Positions 17,655 to 27,058 of a stretch of DNA of 32,000 nt are shown one piece after another. A program made the position numbers and the translations under genes. The notes beneath the pieces are model-generated. The model saw only the letters and a list, made by a program, of their open reading frames with translations, searched no databases and was not told the origin of the DNA. The DNA comes from Methanothermobacter thermautotrophicus str. Delta H (GTDB lineage: Archaea > Methanobacteriota > Methanobacteria > Methanobacteriales > Methanothermobacteraceae): NCBI RefSeq assembly GCF_000008645.1, contig NC_000916.1, positions 1,650,001 through 1,682,000 of the forward strand, read 5' to 3'. The first letter of the stretch is position 1. The number at the start of each line of letters is the position of its first letter.

Positions 17655-18569
17655 TTATTCTGATACCCTGATCATCCTTTCAACAGCCCTCCTGGCCCTC
17701 CTGGCGATTTCATCAGGGACTGTAACAACAAATTCCTCGTTTATCAGGGAATTTTTAACCTTCTCTAGGGTATGGAGTTTCATGTTCTCACATATGGCCT
17801 CTTCAAGGAGGGGTATGGTCTTCTTGTCTGATTCAAGGCTGATGCGGGTCGTCATGTCAACCTCTGTCCCGATTATGAAACTCTCAGCGTCCGATTCAAG
17901 GACCCTGCGGAGCATTCCTCCGGTGCTCAGAATGTGGTCTGCAAGTTCCTGGACCTCGGGGTCACATTCGGGGTGTATGAGGAGCTCAGCTTCAGGATAC
18001 TTCTCCTTTGCAGCCATCACATCGCCGGCCGTGAACATCTTGTGGACGTAGCAGTGCCCCTCCTCTGGGATGGGTATTATGGTTTTGTCTGTATGCTCCT
18101 GGACGTACCATGCCAGGTTCCTGTCGGGTCCAAAGAGAACCAGGTCTTCATCAAGGCTTTCAACAACCCTGACGGCATTTGCTGATGTGCACAGGATATC
18201 AGCCTCGGCCTTCGCCTCTGCGAGGGTGTTAACGTAGAGAACAACGGCGGCATCAGGATACCTCTTCCTAGCCATTCTCACATCCTCTGCACTGAGCATG
18301 TGTGCCATGGGACACTCAGCACCCCTGTCAGGTATCAGGATCTTCTTATCAGGATTCAGTATGTAGGCTGTCTCGGCCATGAAGTCCACTCCACAGAAGA
18401 CGACAATGTCCTTTCCCTCTATCCTTGATGCCTCAATGCAGAGCTCAAGAGAATCCCCTTTAAAATCTGCAATCTCCTGTATCTCTCTGCTCTGGTAATT
18501 GTGTGCGAGTATAATTGCATTTTTTTCCTTCTTTAACCTTAGAATGTCCCTTTGCAGCTGATTTAACAT
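17655..18569 (-). CDS. nadA: Quinolinate synthase A
   Basis: AIILAHNYQSREIQEIADFKGDSLELC, CGVDFMAETAYILNPDKKILIPD, HPECDPEVQELAD, IGTEVDM. Confidence 0.93.
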   Translation of the reverse strand: MLNQLQRDILRLKKEKNAIILAHNYQSREIQEIADFKGDSLELCIEASRIEGKDIVVFCGVDFMAETAYILNPDKKILIPDRGAECPMAHMLSAEDVRMARKRYPDAAVVLYVNTLAEAKAEADILCTSANAVRVVESLDEDLVLFGPDRNLAWYVQEHTDKTIIPIPEEGHCYVHKMFTAGDVMAAKEKYPEAELLIHPECDPEVQELADHILSTGGMLRRVLESDAESFIIGTEVDMTTRISLESDKKTIPLLEEAICENMKLHTLEKVKNSLINEEFVVTVPDEIARRARRAVERMIRVSE

Positions 18570-18639
18570 AAGCGTCCCTACTGAGAGTTATCATGAGTAA
18601 AAATTAAGAATCAATGCATTTATTAATAGGATTTAATCT

Positions 18640-18714
18640 TTTATAAAGGTTTCCATGGAGACCTTTGGGTCTAGGTGAGTTTCAGTCGGCATTCCCATGT
18701 TTTATAAAGGTTTT
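18640..18714 (-). promoter_or_regulatory. Tandem identical BRE/TATA-like promoter elements upstream of nadA
   Basis: On the minus strand AAACCTTTATAAAA occurs at 18714-18701 and again at 18653-18640. The inverted repeat AGACC-nnnn-GGTCT (18660-18673) lies between them. Confidence 0.6.
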
Positions 18715-18734
18715 TCTTGGTTCTGTGACCGGAA

Positions 18735-19814
18735 TCATTCCTCCCAGATCTTCCTCAGCTCTGGGTGAATTGTCCCGGTTATTCCAAGTTCATCCATGGC
18801 AGCTCTGTAGGCCCTGTGGATCCTGCTGAACTCTGGTCGTATCATCCCCCTGAATGCATCGTACCCCATAACGCGACCATAATTTTCTGTTATGGATGTT
18901 ATTATCCTCTCGAAGTCTTCCTTAATCTTCTCGATGCTGTGACCTGAGCCTTCAATATTCTCTCTCAGCCTTCTGAAGTCGAGGGATGCGCTTCCAAGGA
19001 CTTTCACGTCTCTGAGTGTTTCAGGGCATTCAATGTATGGGAGGGACTTTCTGAGCATCCCACCAGCCGGGGCAACCCCCATTATCTTGCTGGCCCCGAT
19101 TGACATTGCAAGGAGTACGTGCTCGTAGATGGTGAGGGCGGTTTCAATCCGCCCCTCAGGGTCGCCGGGGACCTCAAGGGGCCTCAGTTCAGGTAGTGAG
19201 AGTGGAGGTTTGACCTCAGGTATTCCTGGTGATTCCATGGGTTCACGGTCACCCTCATCAGGCACTGAATCACCTGCAGGGGCCCTGGCGGCCATTCCAG
19301 CTTCATCATCCATGACCTCAGATTCAGTGGAATCTGCAGGAACATCAGATTCTATCAAAAGCGTTTCAGATACATTTGAGTCCTTAACCTCGCTGATTTC
19401 GGACTTTCCTCTAACATCAGTGTATTCTGGTCCTGTAACTGTAGCTTCATCCCTATCAGGGGCAATGGCCGTCTTCAGGGAAGCCAGTTCACTGGCCATA
19501 TCAGGTTCTGATAGCCTCCTCATGGTCTTCCTTGCAAGGAGAATAATCCTCCCGAGATTGGATCTCCTGTCAGCCAGTACAAGTAGCTGGTGGCTGTCGT
19601 TCAGGAGCACCATCTTCCCGCCAGGGAACTCCATCACGGCGGACCTGTATTCCCCCTGCCCTGCCAGGTTTATGAGTTTACCCGAGGCATCAGCCATGAC
19701 CTGGGCCATTGATCCCAGGTCCCTGCTGAATGATCCGGCACCGTAGATGATCCGGCCTGAGCTTTCGGTTATGATAACCCCCTCGACACCATCAATTTCC
19801 AGGATTTCGCCCAC
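18735..19814 (-). CDS. Hypothetical protein: Roadblock/LC7-like N-terminal domain, long acidic linker, helical C-terminal domain
   Basis: The N-terminal IDGVEGVIITESSGRIIYG...KMVLLNDSHQLLVLADRRSNLGRIILLARKTM resembles Roadblock/LC7. Residues ~110-225 are Pro/Glu/Ser rich. The C-terminus is a regular helical segment. Confidence 0.7.
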   Translation of the reverse strand: MGEILEIDGVEGVIITESSGRIIYGAGSFSRDLGSMAQVMADASGKLINLAGQGEYRSAVMEFPGGKMVLLNDSHQLLVLADRRSNLGRIILLARKTMRRLSEPDMASELASLKTAIAPDRDEATVTGPEYTDVRGKSEISEVKDSNVSETLLIESDVPADSTESEVMDDEAGMAARAPAGDSVPDEGDREPMESPGIPEVKPPLSLPELRPLEVPGDPEGRIETALTIYEHVLLAMSIGASKIMGVAPAGGMLRKSLPYIECPETLRDVKVLGSASLDFRRLRENIEGSGHSIEKIKEDFERIITSITENYGRVMGYDAFRGMIRPEFSRIHRAYRAAMDELGITGTIHPELRKIWEE

Positions 19815-19844
19815 TATCTCTTCAATTATTCTAAAACCCCCGTT

Positions 19845-20444
19845 TTAGATGTTCTCCTTCTTTAAAAGTTTGCAGTGTGTTATCCACGCAGCCTTCTTCT
19901 GGCCGGGGGGATAACATGTTATGAGCATCAGCCTTGCATCCCCGCTCTGGGAAAACCTCACAGGGTTTGTTCTGTAGTCCCACCTTATATCATCACCATT
20001 GGATGTCACGGTGTATATGTAGCGTATGGAGGATGATGCATCCTCTATGATTACCCTGTCACCCTTCCTCAGCGCTCCGATCTTCCTGAAGGGTCCTGAG
20101 TAGGTTGTCCTGTGTCCGAGGATTCCGCACTCCCCACCAGATCCTGGCATAACGCTTTCAGGATAGTGGTATACTGATTCATAGGCATTTACGGTGTCCT
20201 CCCTTATCCAGCACTTCACCCCTATACTGGGTATGATGAGCCTTCCAATGACAGGGCCACTGGAGCCGGCGCTGCTGCTGGGTACAGGGTCAAATAGCTC
20301 CCTGGGAGCATTCCTGTAATTCTCAAGGTGAGCCCTTGATCTTTCAAGGGCCTTGTAGTCCTCGAATCCCTTTATTATGATACCTGAACTTAGCATGATG
20401 AAAAAAAGGCATATTAGGGGTGCGTAGAGTCCTGTTTTCTTCAT
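19845..20444 (-). CDS. Sortase-family transpeptidase-like membrane-anchored protein
   Basis: N-terminal TM, IGRLIIPSIGVKCWI, His motif GILGHRTTYSGPF, Cys motif LMLITCYPPG. See findings on the absent Arg. Confidence 0.82.
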   Translation of the reverse strand: MKKTGLYAPLICLFFIMLSSGIIIKGFEDYKALERSRAHLENYRNAPRELFDPVPSSSAGSSGPVIGRLIIPSIGVKCWIREDTVNAYESVYHYPESVMPGSGGECGILGHRTTYSGPFRKIGALRKGDRVIIEDASSSIRYIYTVTSNGDDIRWDYRTNPVRFSQSGDARLMLITCYPPGQKKAAWITHCKLLKKENI

Positions 20445-21191
20445 TTATGACCCTTCTCTGTATTTCCTCAGGATTTTTTTCACATGGCCGGCAATGACGG
20501 ACCTGTATTTTGTCACCCTGTCAGGGTCAGGAATCCAGGCAGTTACCTTGGCGCTGATGCCTGTATCAGTGAATTCCAGTATGATCAGTCCGGGTTCAGG
20601 GTCCTTCAGTATCCCGGGAACCCTCATGAGGACGTCCTTCACATCGGATTCAAATTTCTCCAGGTCCATGTCATAGTCAAGGTTGACCCTCAGTTCAACC
20701 CTCCTCCGGTCTTCAGCAGTGTAATTTACGTAGGCTGTTTTTGAGAAGGTGGAGTTTGGAACCGTCACCATTCCGGCCTCTGGAGTTTCTATCGTCGTTG
20801 TTCTGAATCCAACCTTCCTGACCCTGCCCCGCTGGCCGGCAACTTCGATGGTGTCACCCACCCGGAAACTTTTATCTGCAAGGATGAACATCCCGGATAT
20901 GAAGTTGGATATGATGTCCCTTGATGCAAAACCCACTGAAACACCTGCTATTCCCAGGCTAACGGTTATTGCAGTTATGTCAATGCCGAGTTCCCTGAGG
21001 ACTATGCTTGCTGCGATGAAATAAACACTGTACTTTATTATGTCATTGATGACCTGTATGAGTGTGAGGTCCAGTTCCCATTTTCTGGCGGATTTCCTCA
21101 GGAAGTAGGACGTCCACTTAACAAGGAGGACGGCTACCATCACAGTTACAATTATTATTAGAATGGTCTCAACTGTCAGGAGAGGAGTCAT
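20445..21191 (-). CDS. Mechanosensitive ion channel, MscS family
   Basis: TM region followed by GVSVGFASRDIISNFISGMFILADKSFRVGDTIEVAGQRGRVRKVGFRTTTIETPEAGMVTVPNS. Its stop abuts the sortase-like start. Confidence 0.9.
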   Translation of the reverse strand: MTPLLTVETILIIIVTVMVAVLLVKWTSYFLRKSARKWELDLTLIQVINDIIKYSVYFIAASIVLRELGIDITAITVSLGIAGVSVGFASRDIISNFISGMFILADKSFRVGDTIEVAGQRGRVRKVGFRTTTIETPEAGMVTVPNSTFSKTAYVNYTAEDRRRVELRVNLDYDMDLEKFESDVKDVLMRVPGILKDPEPGLIILEFTDTGISAKVTAWIPDPDRVTKYRSVIAGHVKKILRKYREGS

Positions 21192-22092
21192 AAGCCTTCA
21201 CCTCCACTGTCATAAGGTCATCAGCAACATCAGTCACTGGGAATACCTGGCGGGCAGCTTCCAGAATAACCTCGGTGCGCTTGTACCGTGTGCTGAGGTG
21301 TGTGAGGATCAGTCTCTTCACCCCTGCGGATCTGGCAACCTCTGCAGCTTCCCTGGCGGTGGAGTGCCCGCTTTCAGCGGCCTTGTCCTCACTACCCGCC
21401 TCCAGTGTTGATTCGTGTATAAGGAGTTCCGCACCCTCTGCCAGTTTTATAACAGATTCACAGGGGCGGGTGTCCCCTGAGTAACATACCTTCACACCCT
21501 TCCTGGGGCTTCCAAGAACCTCCTCAGGCATTATGATTCTGTCACCGACCCTTACAGGTATGCCTCTGTGCAGTTTCCCGAAGGCCGGGCCCGGCTTGAG
21601 CCCCAGTGCAATGGCCTTTTCTCTGAGGAACCGGGGCCTCTTCTTCTCCTCGAAGCAGTATGCGAGGTTGAATACTGAGTGGGAGGCAGGGGCTGAGGTG
21701 ACACGGTAGTCATCCTCTTCAACAACTGTGCCGCCCCTCACCTCATGGACGTTGATATCGAAGTCGAGGGTGAAGTAGCCCATCTTCATTATGCACTCAT
21801 GCAGCTCATGGATCCCTGGGGGGCCATAGATATCCAGTGGTTCTTCACGACCCCTGAAACCCATGGACTGTATCATCCCGGGTATTCCGAGTATGTGGTC
21901 CCCGTGGAGGTGTGTTATGAATATCCTTGTAACCTTCATGGGACTGATCCCTGCAAGGGCCATCTGCCTCTGGGTTCCCTCACCGCAGTCAAAGAGAAAT
22001 ATTTCACCGGGTATGCGGAGGGCTATGGAGGTGTGGTTCCTGTTTTTCGATGGGACCGCTGATGATGTGCCAAGGAATGTCACTTCCATCAT
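21169..22092 (-). CDS. rnz: Ribonuclease Z (tRNA 3' processing endonuclease)
   Basis: MMEVTFLGTSSAVPSKNRNHTS, THLHGDHILGIPGM, ISGDTRPCE-like GDTRPC, HSTAREAAEVA, LTHLSTRY. Confidence 0.93.
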   Translation of the reverse strand: MMEVTFLGTSSAVPSKNRNHTSIALRIPGEIFLFDCGEGTQRQMALAGISPMKVTRIFITHLHGDHILGIPGMIQSMGFRGREEPLDIYGPPGIHELHECIMKMGYFTLDFDINVHEVRGGTVVEEDDYRVTSAPASHSVFNLAYCFEEKKRPRFLREKAIALGLKPGPAFGKLHRGIPVRVGDRIIMPEEVLGSPRKGVKVCYSGDTRPCESVIKLAEGAELLIHESTLEAGSEDKAAESGHSTAREAAEVARSAGVKRLILTHLSTRYKRTEVILEAARQVFPVTDVADDLMTVEVKAYDSSPDS

Positions 22093-22184
22093 ATCACTCT
22101 TTCATAAATGCTCTTCTTTTGCAGATCTCCCTTCTGGACATAAGATTTATAATTCTTCCATTTATATTAATTTAGGGGATCTTT

Positions 22185-23024
22185 ATGATGGATATTATCA
22201 GGGAGATGATCAGGGCCGATGTGGGATTTGAGGATATAACAACCGAGGCACTCATTGACAGGGGAACCAGGGTTGTGGCGGATATCGTTTCCAGGGAAGA
22301 GGGAGTTGTTGCAGGTGTTGAGGTTGCCGAGATGATGGCCCGGGAGTTCTCCATATCCATCATCAGATGGAAGGATGATGGTGACCCCTTAAGCGGCGGT
22401 GAACGGGTCTTAACCCTTGAGGGGGATGCCATGGATATCCTTATGGTTGAGAGGACCATGCTGAACCTCATGATGAAGATGAGCGGTATAGCAACCCTGA
22501 CAAGGAGCATGCTTCAGAGGGCGAGGGCGGTAAATGAGGGCATAAGGATAGCGGCCACAAGGAAAACCACTCCAGGTCTTCAGTGGTTTGAGAAACAGGC
22601 TGTTAGGATCGGTGGTGGCGACACCCACCGCTTCAGGCTTGATGACTGTGCAATGATCAAGGACAATCACATCGCCATTGTGGGCAACATTGAGGATGCG
22701 GTGAGGCGTGTGAGGGATCATGTGAGTTTCACAAAGAAGGTTGAGGTTGAGGTTGAGAGTCCTGATGATGCAGTCCGGGCGGCTGAGGCCGGAGCTGATA
22801 TAGTACTCCTTGATAACATGTCACCTGAGACAATCCGAAATACCCTGGAGGAACTTGAAAGGCGCGGGCTCCGGGATAATGTCATAGTGGAGGCATCAGG
22901 GGGCATCAAACCGGATAATATTGAACTTTATGCTTCTACCGGCGTTGAAGTGATATCCATGGGTTTCATAACAGCTTCAGCTCATCCAGTTGACCTCAGC
23001 CTTGAAATAAGGGGACTAAAATGA
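22185..23024 (+). CDS. nadC: Nicotinate-nucleotide pyrophosphorylase (carboxylating)
   Basis: EDITTEAL, RTMLNLMMKMSGIATLT, ATRKTTPGLQWFEKQAV, GGDTHRFRLDDCAMIKDNHI, VEVESPDDA, LDNMSPE, VEASGGI. Confidence 0.95.
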   Translation: MMDIIREMIRADVGFEDITTEALIDRGTRVVADIVSREEGVVAGVEVAEMMAREFSISIIRWKDDGDPLSGGERVLTLEGDAMDILMVERTMLNLMMKMSGIATLTRSMLQRARAVNEGIRIAATRKTTPGLQWFEKQAVRIGGGDTHRFRLDDCAMIKDNHIAIVGNIEDAVRRVRDHVSFTKKVEVEVESPDDAVRAAEAGADIVLLDNMSPETIRNTLEELERRGLRDNVIVEASGGIKPDNIELYASTGVEVISMGFITASAHPVDLSLEIRGLK

Positions 23025-23084
23025 GTTTTAATTCTGGTGATTGGAACCCTCAATCTACTTAATGGGATACCTTCCACTTAACAT

Positions 23085-23110
23085 TATAATTGATGGTTTC
23101 TTCAATTATA
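23085..23110 (+). promoter_or_regulatory. Perfect 9-bp inverted repeat (TATAATTGA-8 nt-TCAATTATA) directly upstream of a TATA box
   Basis: Read directly. The TATA-like TTTATATA at 23120-23127 follows, then the histone-like gene. Confidence 0.55.
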
Positions 23111-23163
23111 TGGAATACATTTATATACCTTGACATAGATATAGTCCCATGGAGGTTGAAATT

Positions 23164-23556
23164 ATGGAAAATGAAGAGTTTCAGAATAATAATGCTGATG
23201 TCACTGAAACTGAAGAGGAAACTGAAGAATTACCCTTTGCAAAGGCAGAGGTTGTCAGACTGATGAAACAGCACCTTGACAGTGATAAGATGATACGTGA
23301 GAGAGTCAAGGTTGAGATGAACAAGTTCCTCGGTGAGATCCTTGAAAAGGTCTGCACCCAGCTGAACCAGTACCCCTATGCAACAGTGGAATATGAAATG
23401 CTTAAGGAGTGCATATATCCCTACAAGAACATTGAAAGGATCAACCAGGAGAAGGAACGCCTCCTGGCCCACCTTGAGGCAATAAAGGCGGACTGTGATT
23501 CCATGGCCATGGATATCCAGCGCACACTTAAACTCAGGGACGTGGATGAGGATTAA
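23164..23556 (+). CDS. Small protein with histone-fold-like core and C-terminal coiled coil; start likely ATG 23164 (track start 23149)
   Basis: [41 protein letters not shown] resembles the archaeal histone LPxAxxxRxxK...DxxIRxxxxxxxxKxLxE pattern. It is followed by a helical coiled-coil-like tail. GGAGGT SD 23151-23156 lies 7 nt before ATG 23164. Confidence 0.7.
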   Translation: MENEEFQNNNADVTETEEETEELPFAKAEVVRLMKQHLDSDKMIRERVKVEMNKFLGEILEKVCTQLNQYPYATVEYEMLKECIYPYKNIERINQEKERLLAHLEAIKADCDSMAMDIQRTLKLRDVDED

Positions 23557-24143
23557 TCCTCATCATCATTCCCTTCTGATTCAAAAACAAGGAATCCCGT
23601 TTTCAGAGACCTTATTTCATCCTCTGAAAGTTTTTCCTTCAGGGCCCGGGGGTGACCCACAAAGCTCTGGCCGAAGGGGTCCTCTATTATCACTGTAACT
23701 TTTCTGACACCTTCACGAACTTCATGGAGCATTTCCAGAATCTTTGAGGCCTTTTTCTTTGATTCATCATCCTCAAACAGGTTCAGGGCGGTTTTAAGCG
23801 CGGCTTCAAATCTTTCAACAACGCCCTCTATGTTGGAGATGTAACCCGCTGACCTGGGACCTGGCTCGACCTTGAGTCCAAGTTCAGGTATCCTTATGGT
23901 TGCTGATTGTGACTTAACGACCCTTGCGTTGAGTGTATCCGCCCCTGCCTCGATGATGTACCTTGAGGGTTCCTTCTGTTCGAGGCATATGATGTCGGTG
24001 CTCCTGTAGTTGCACCTTTCACAGATTAGTACTGACTCCATTATCTCTCCAAAGTAGGGAATCTTTTCAACCCTTGTTACTGCAGTCATGCACCGTTCTC
24101 CACCGCAGACCGGACAGTCAATTTTCATATCCTGCTGATTCAC
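23553..24143 (-). CDS. Archaeal ZPR1-family zinc-finger protein
   Basis: CPVCGG...[28 protein letters not shown] zinc finger, then ZPR1 beta-domain-like [36 protein letters not shown]. Confidence 0.88.
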   Translation of the reverse strand: MNQQDMKIDCPVCGGERCMTAVTRVEKIPYFGEIMESVLICERCNYRSTDIICLEQKEPSRYIIEAGADTLNARVVKSQSATIRIPELGLKVEPGPRSAGYISNIEGVVERFEAALKTALNLFEDDESKKKASKILEMLHEVREGVRKVTVIIEDPFGQSFVGHPRALKEKLSEDEIRSLKTGFLVFESEGNDDED

Positions 24144-24175
24144 ACTGTCACCCCTTGATGTTACTGGATTTACTT

Positions 24176-25141
24176 TCAGTCCCCATCCTCATCATGGTAG
24201 ACCAGTCCACTCTCTTCCAGTTCCCTGAGTATTTCCTGAAGAGTTTCGGGATCTGGAGCACATATTCTGTGGCTGTGAACATTATTCGAGAGTGTGTAGA
24301 GCCTTTCAAGATCTCTTTTCCTCTTGGGACTCTCATTTAATCTTTTAACAAATCTTTCAGCTTCAGCTGGATCATATACGTTCACTTCACGTTTGAGGGG
24401 CTGCGAGAACCCGGGTATCGGGTAGGAGACATCAACAATCCTGCCACCATGTCTCTTTATTATTATGTCAATCACATCACCCAGCCGTTCAACCGGGTGC
24501 TGGAGGGTCACCTCGGTGCAGTTCTCCCTTATGAAGGAGAGCATCCTCCTGATTGTACAGTTTATATCATCATTGTTGATAACCGGGACACCATGTTCCC
24601 TTGCATTCCTGACAAGGTAATCATGGATTACGCGGTTCTCCCGGAAGTATTCAAGGTGTTTACCACCTCTCTTAATCTCCATGGCCCTCTTGACGAAGCG
24701 TTCCTTATGAACATTCTCCTCGGCCGCCAGAACAAAAAAATGAATTGAAGCGTTTTCGCTGAACTTTTCCGTGTTTATGAGTCCGGGGAGGAGGTGGACG
24801 CCCTCTATAACAACGTCATCAGAATCTGTAACAGCCCTTTCTATGACCTTCTCAATGGCGGGAATTACGAAAGAGGCATGGTCCTCAAAGCCAGCGCATA
24901 TCAGTGACTCAATACTATTTCCCTGAAAGAGCTCCTTGTCCCTGAGTGCTGTGTAGGCATCAAAGGATGATCTGTGAAGTGTAGGCGCATAATCTGGCCC
25001 GATGATACCCCTGACTATCTCCCTTATAAAATCTGTTTCTATGAGGTGCTTTATGCTCAGTTCCCTTGCAAGTTCAGATGCCACCGTGGACTTCCCTATA
25101 CCTGAGGCACTTCCAATGAGTATAACGTAGGGCTTTCTCAA
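24176..25141 (-). CDS. 2-phosphoglycerate kinase family protein
   Basis: Walker [57 protein letters not shown], matching archaeal 2PGK. Confidence 0.85.
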   Translation of the reverse strand: MRKPYVILIGSASGIGKSTVASELARELSIKHLIETDFIREIVRGIIGPDYAPTLHRSSFDAYTALRDKELFQGNSIESLICAGFEDHASFVIPAIEKVIERAVTDSDDVVIEGVHLLPGLINTEKFSENASIHFFVLAAEENVHKERFVKRAMEIKRGGKHLEYFRENRVIHDYLVRNAREHGVPVINNDDINCTIRRMLSFIRENCTEVTLQHPVERLGDVIDIIIKRHGGRIVDVSYPIPGFSQPLKREVNVYDPAEAERFVKRLNESPKRKRDLERLYTLSNNVHSHRICAPDPETLQEILRELEESGLVYHDEDGD

Positions 25142-25169
25142 TTTATACTCCCCAAAACTAAAATAAAAA

Positions 25170-25517
25170 TTATGTCAGGAGGTCCTTCACGCGTTCAGCG
25201 CTTCTCCTCATCTCTATACGTATAAGTCCCAGATTTATATCAACATCAGTTATGAGTACAAGTATTCCCTCCCCTGCATCTATCATGAGAGTTTTACCCC
25301 TGGTACCCTCAATCATGACCTGTTCAAGGGGCTCGTGCTTTATCTCCTCAGCTGACCTCTCGGCGGTACCGAACACTGCTGAAGCCATTGCAGCAACCAG
25401 TTCCCCATCGATATCAGATGGCACCTCACTCTCAATTACCAGACCATCCTTACCAACAACAAGGGAACCGTTTACCCCATTGATCCTACCTAAATCTTTA
25501 AGTATTCTTGCTATCAT
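25170..25517 (-). CDS. Roadblock/LC7-domain protein
   Basis: [54 protein letters not shown]...[33 protein letters not shown] is canonical Roadblock/LC7. Confidence 0.87.
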   Translation of the reverse strand: MIARILKDLGRINGVNGSLVVGKDGLVIESEVPSDIDGELVAAMASAVFGTAERSAEEIKHEPLEQVMIEGTRGKTLMIDAGEGILVLITDVDINLGLIRIEMRRSAERVKDLLT

Positions 25518-25645
25518 ACTATGCCTCCATAAACAGAGTATTCCACCTAAAATATATAGGCTTTAAGCATTTATTAATTAAATGGGTATGACTAACTAAT
25601 TAACAGTTTCTATTTGATTCCAGCAAGTATTAAAGGAGTGATTAT

Positions 25646-26698
25646 TTGCACACATTATCTTCTGTGGAGGAACTCAGGGAGCTGAATCCATTCATAGTAA
25701 TAGGCTGTGGCGGCGGCGGAGAAAAATTCGCAAACTTTGCGGGTGTTGAGGCGGTAGGATTTGTGGATGACGACCCCAGGAAACATGGAACTGAATTTTG
25801 CGGGTTTAAGGTGTCATCAAGCCTTCTTGACCTTATAAAGGAGACAGACGCCCGTAGCGTTGCCATCATGCTCCCCATAGGTGCCGAGGGCACAGCCCTC
25901 AAGTACGCTGTCCAGGCAATAAATGAGGGCAAAAACGTTGTCACCTCCTTCAGATCACTCCCCCTATCAGAGAACACTTCACTCATTAAATTCGCTGAAA
26001 GGATGAATGTGACCATAAAGGAGATAAGCCCCAGGCTCGATAACATCCGGAGGATATTTGGAGTAGCCCCTTCACGCTGCACCGAGATGCTCCCCAAGAT
26101 AAATTACAGGCATAAGGCACCGCTTGTATTTGTTGGTGGAACCTCACAGGAGTGCGGTAAGCGTACAACCACAAGGCTGCTGGGAAAGGAGGCCATTGAG
26201 AGGGGCCTTGAGGTTGGCGTGATATCAACCGATGAAATGGGTCTGGAACAGCCAGTGGACATAAACTTCCGTGCAGGCAGTCTTTCGGTGATGGATGTTG
26301 CAGCGGCCATCATGGGGTCAGTCAAGTACCTTGAGGAGGAAAAGAACCCTGACATCATATTCATAGAGGGGCAGTCCAGTCTGACTGAAAGGGGTAACCC
26401 CCATCCCAGGGGCTTATCAGCTTCGATACTCATAGGTTCAATGCCAGATGCCACAGTGCTCTGTCACAGACCAAACCATCCCTACAGAAAACCTCGAGGA
26501 ATAAAAGAGGAGATAAGGGCCATAGAGGCACTCGAGCCAACTAAGGTTATAGGCATTTCCTTAAATTTAAGAAACATTAGTGACAGATCAATAATGGAGG
26601 AATATGAAAAACGTTTCGGGCTTCCTGTTGTCGATGTTAAAAATGGGGGGGCATCAAGATTGATGGACGTCATCATGGAATACATAGGGGAGATTTAG
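25646..26698 (+). CDS. DUF1611-family P-loop protein (DgcN-related); TTG start
   Basis: Rossmann-like N-terminus, [19 protein letters not shown]-loop-like segment, [21 protein letters not shown] and [22 protein letters not shown] match DUF1611. AAAGGAGTGAT SD precedes TTG 25646. Confidence 0.83.
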   Translation: MHTLSSVEELRELNPFIVIGCGGGGEKFANFAGVEAVGFVDDDPRKHGTEFCGFKVSSSLLDLIKETDARSVAIMLPIGAEGTALKYAVQAINEGKNVVTSFRSLPLSENTSLIKFAERMNVTIKEISPRLDNIRRIFGVAPSRCTEMLPKINYRHKAPLVFVGGTSQECGKRTTTRLLGKEAIERGLEVGVISTDEMGLEQPVDINFRAGSLSVMDVAAAIMGSVKYLEEEKNPDIIFIEGQSSLTERGNPHPRGLSASILIGSMPDATVLCHRPNHPYRKPRGIKEEIRAIEALEPTKVIGISLNLRNISDRSIMEEYEKRFGLPVVDVKNGGASRLMDVIMEYIGEI

Positions 26699-27058
26699 TT
26701 GAGGGACATTCTGGAAATGCTGAAAAAAAGTGTCGGACTGGACGAGGAAGTAAGGGAATCCGAGGAGACAGAGACGATAATAGTGCCGGAACATTCATTC
26801 TATGAGATAATCCTACTCAGGGCAGGATCCCTGGGGGATGTGGAGGACGCACTTTCCCAGGTTATCGAGGAGAAAAATCCGGTTATACTTGACTTAACCG
26901 AAATTCAGAGGGATAATCCTGAAGACTTCACAGCCGTCGGTGAACGCATAAAGGATCTGAGGGAGAACCACGGAGCTGAGGCTATACTGATCTGCAATAA
27001 GGAGAAGAATGTTGTTATAATAACTCCAAGGGAAATCAAACTCATCAGGAAGGGGTAG
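26699..27058 (+). CDS. sepF: Archaeal SepF-like cell division protein; TTG start
   Basis: N-terminal amphipathic helix MRDILEMLKKSVGLDEE, then a SepF core DVEDALSQVIEEKNPVILDLTEIQRDNPEDFTAVGERIKDLRENHGAEAILICNKEKNVVIITP. Confidence 0.8.
   Translation: MRDILEMLKKSVGLDEEVRESEETETIIVPEHSFYEIILLRAGSLGDVEDALSQVIEEKNPVILDLTEIQRDNPEDFTAVGERIKDLRENHGAEAILICNKEKNVVIITPREIKLIRKG

Noticed and set aside
19129-19746. 205-aa Ser/Pro-rich plus-strand ORF
   Set aside because: Shadow of the acidic linker of the 359-aa minus-strand gene. The Ser-rich content is the complement of Glu/Ala/Ser codons.
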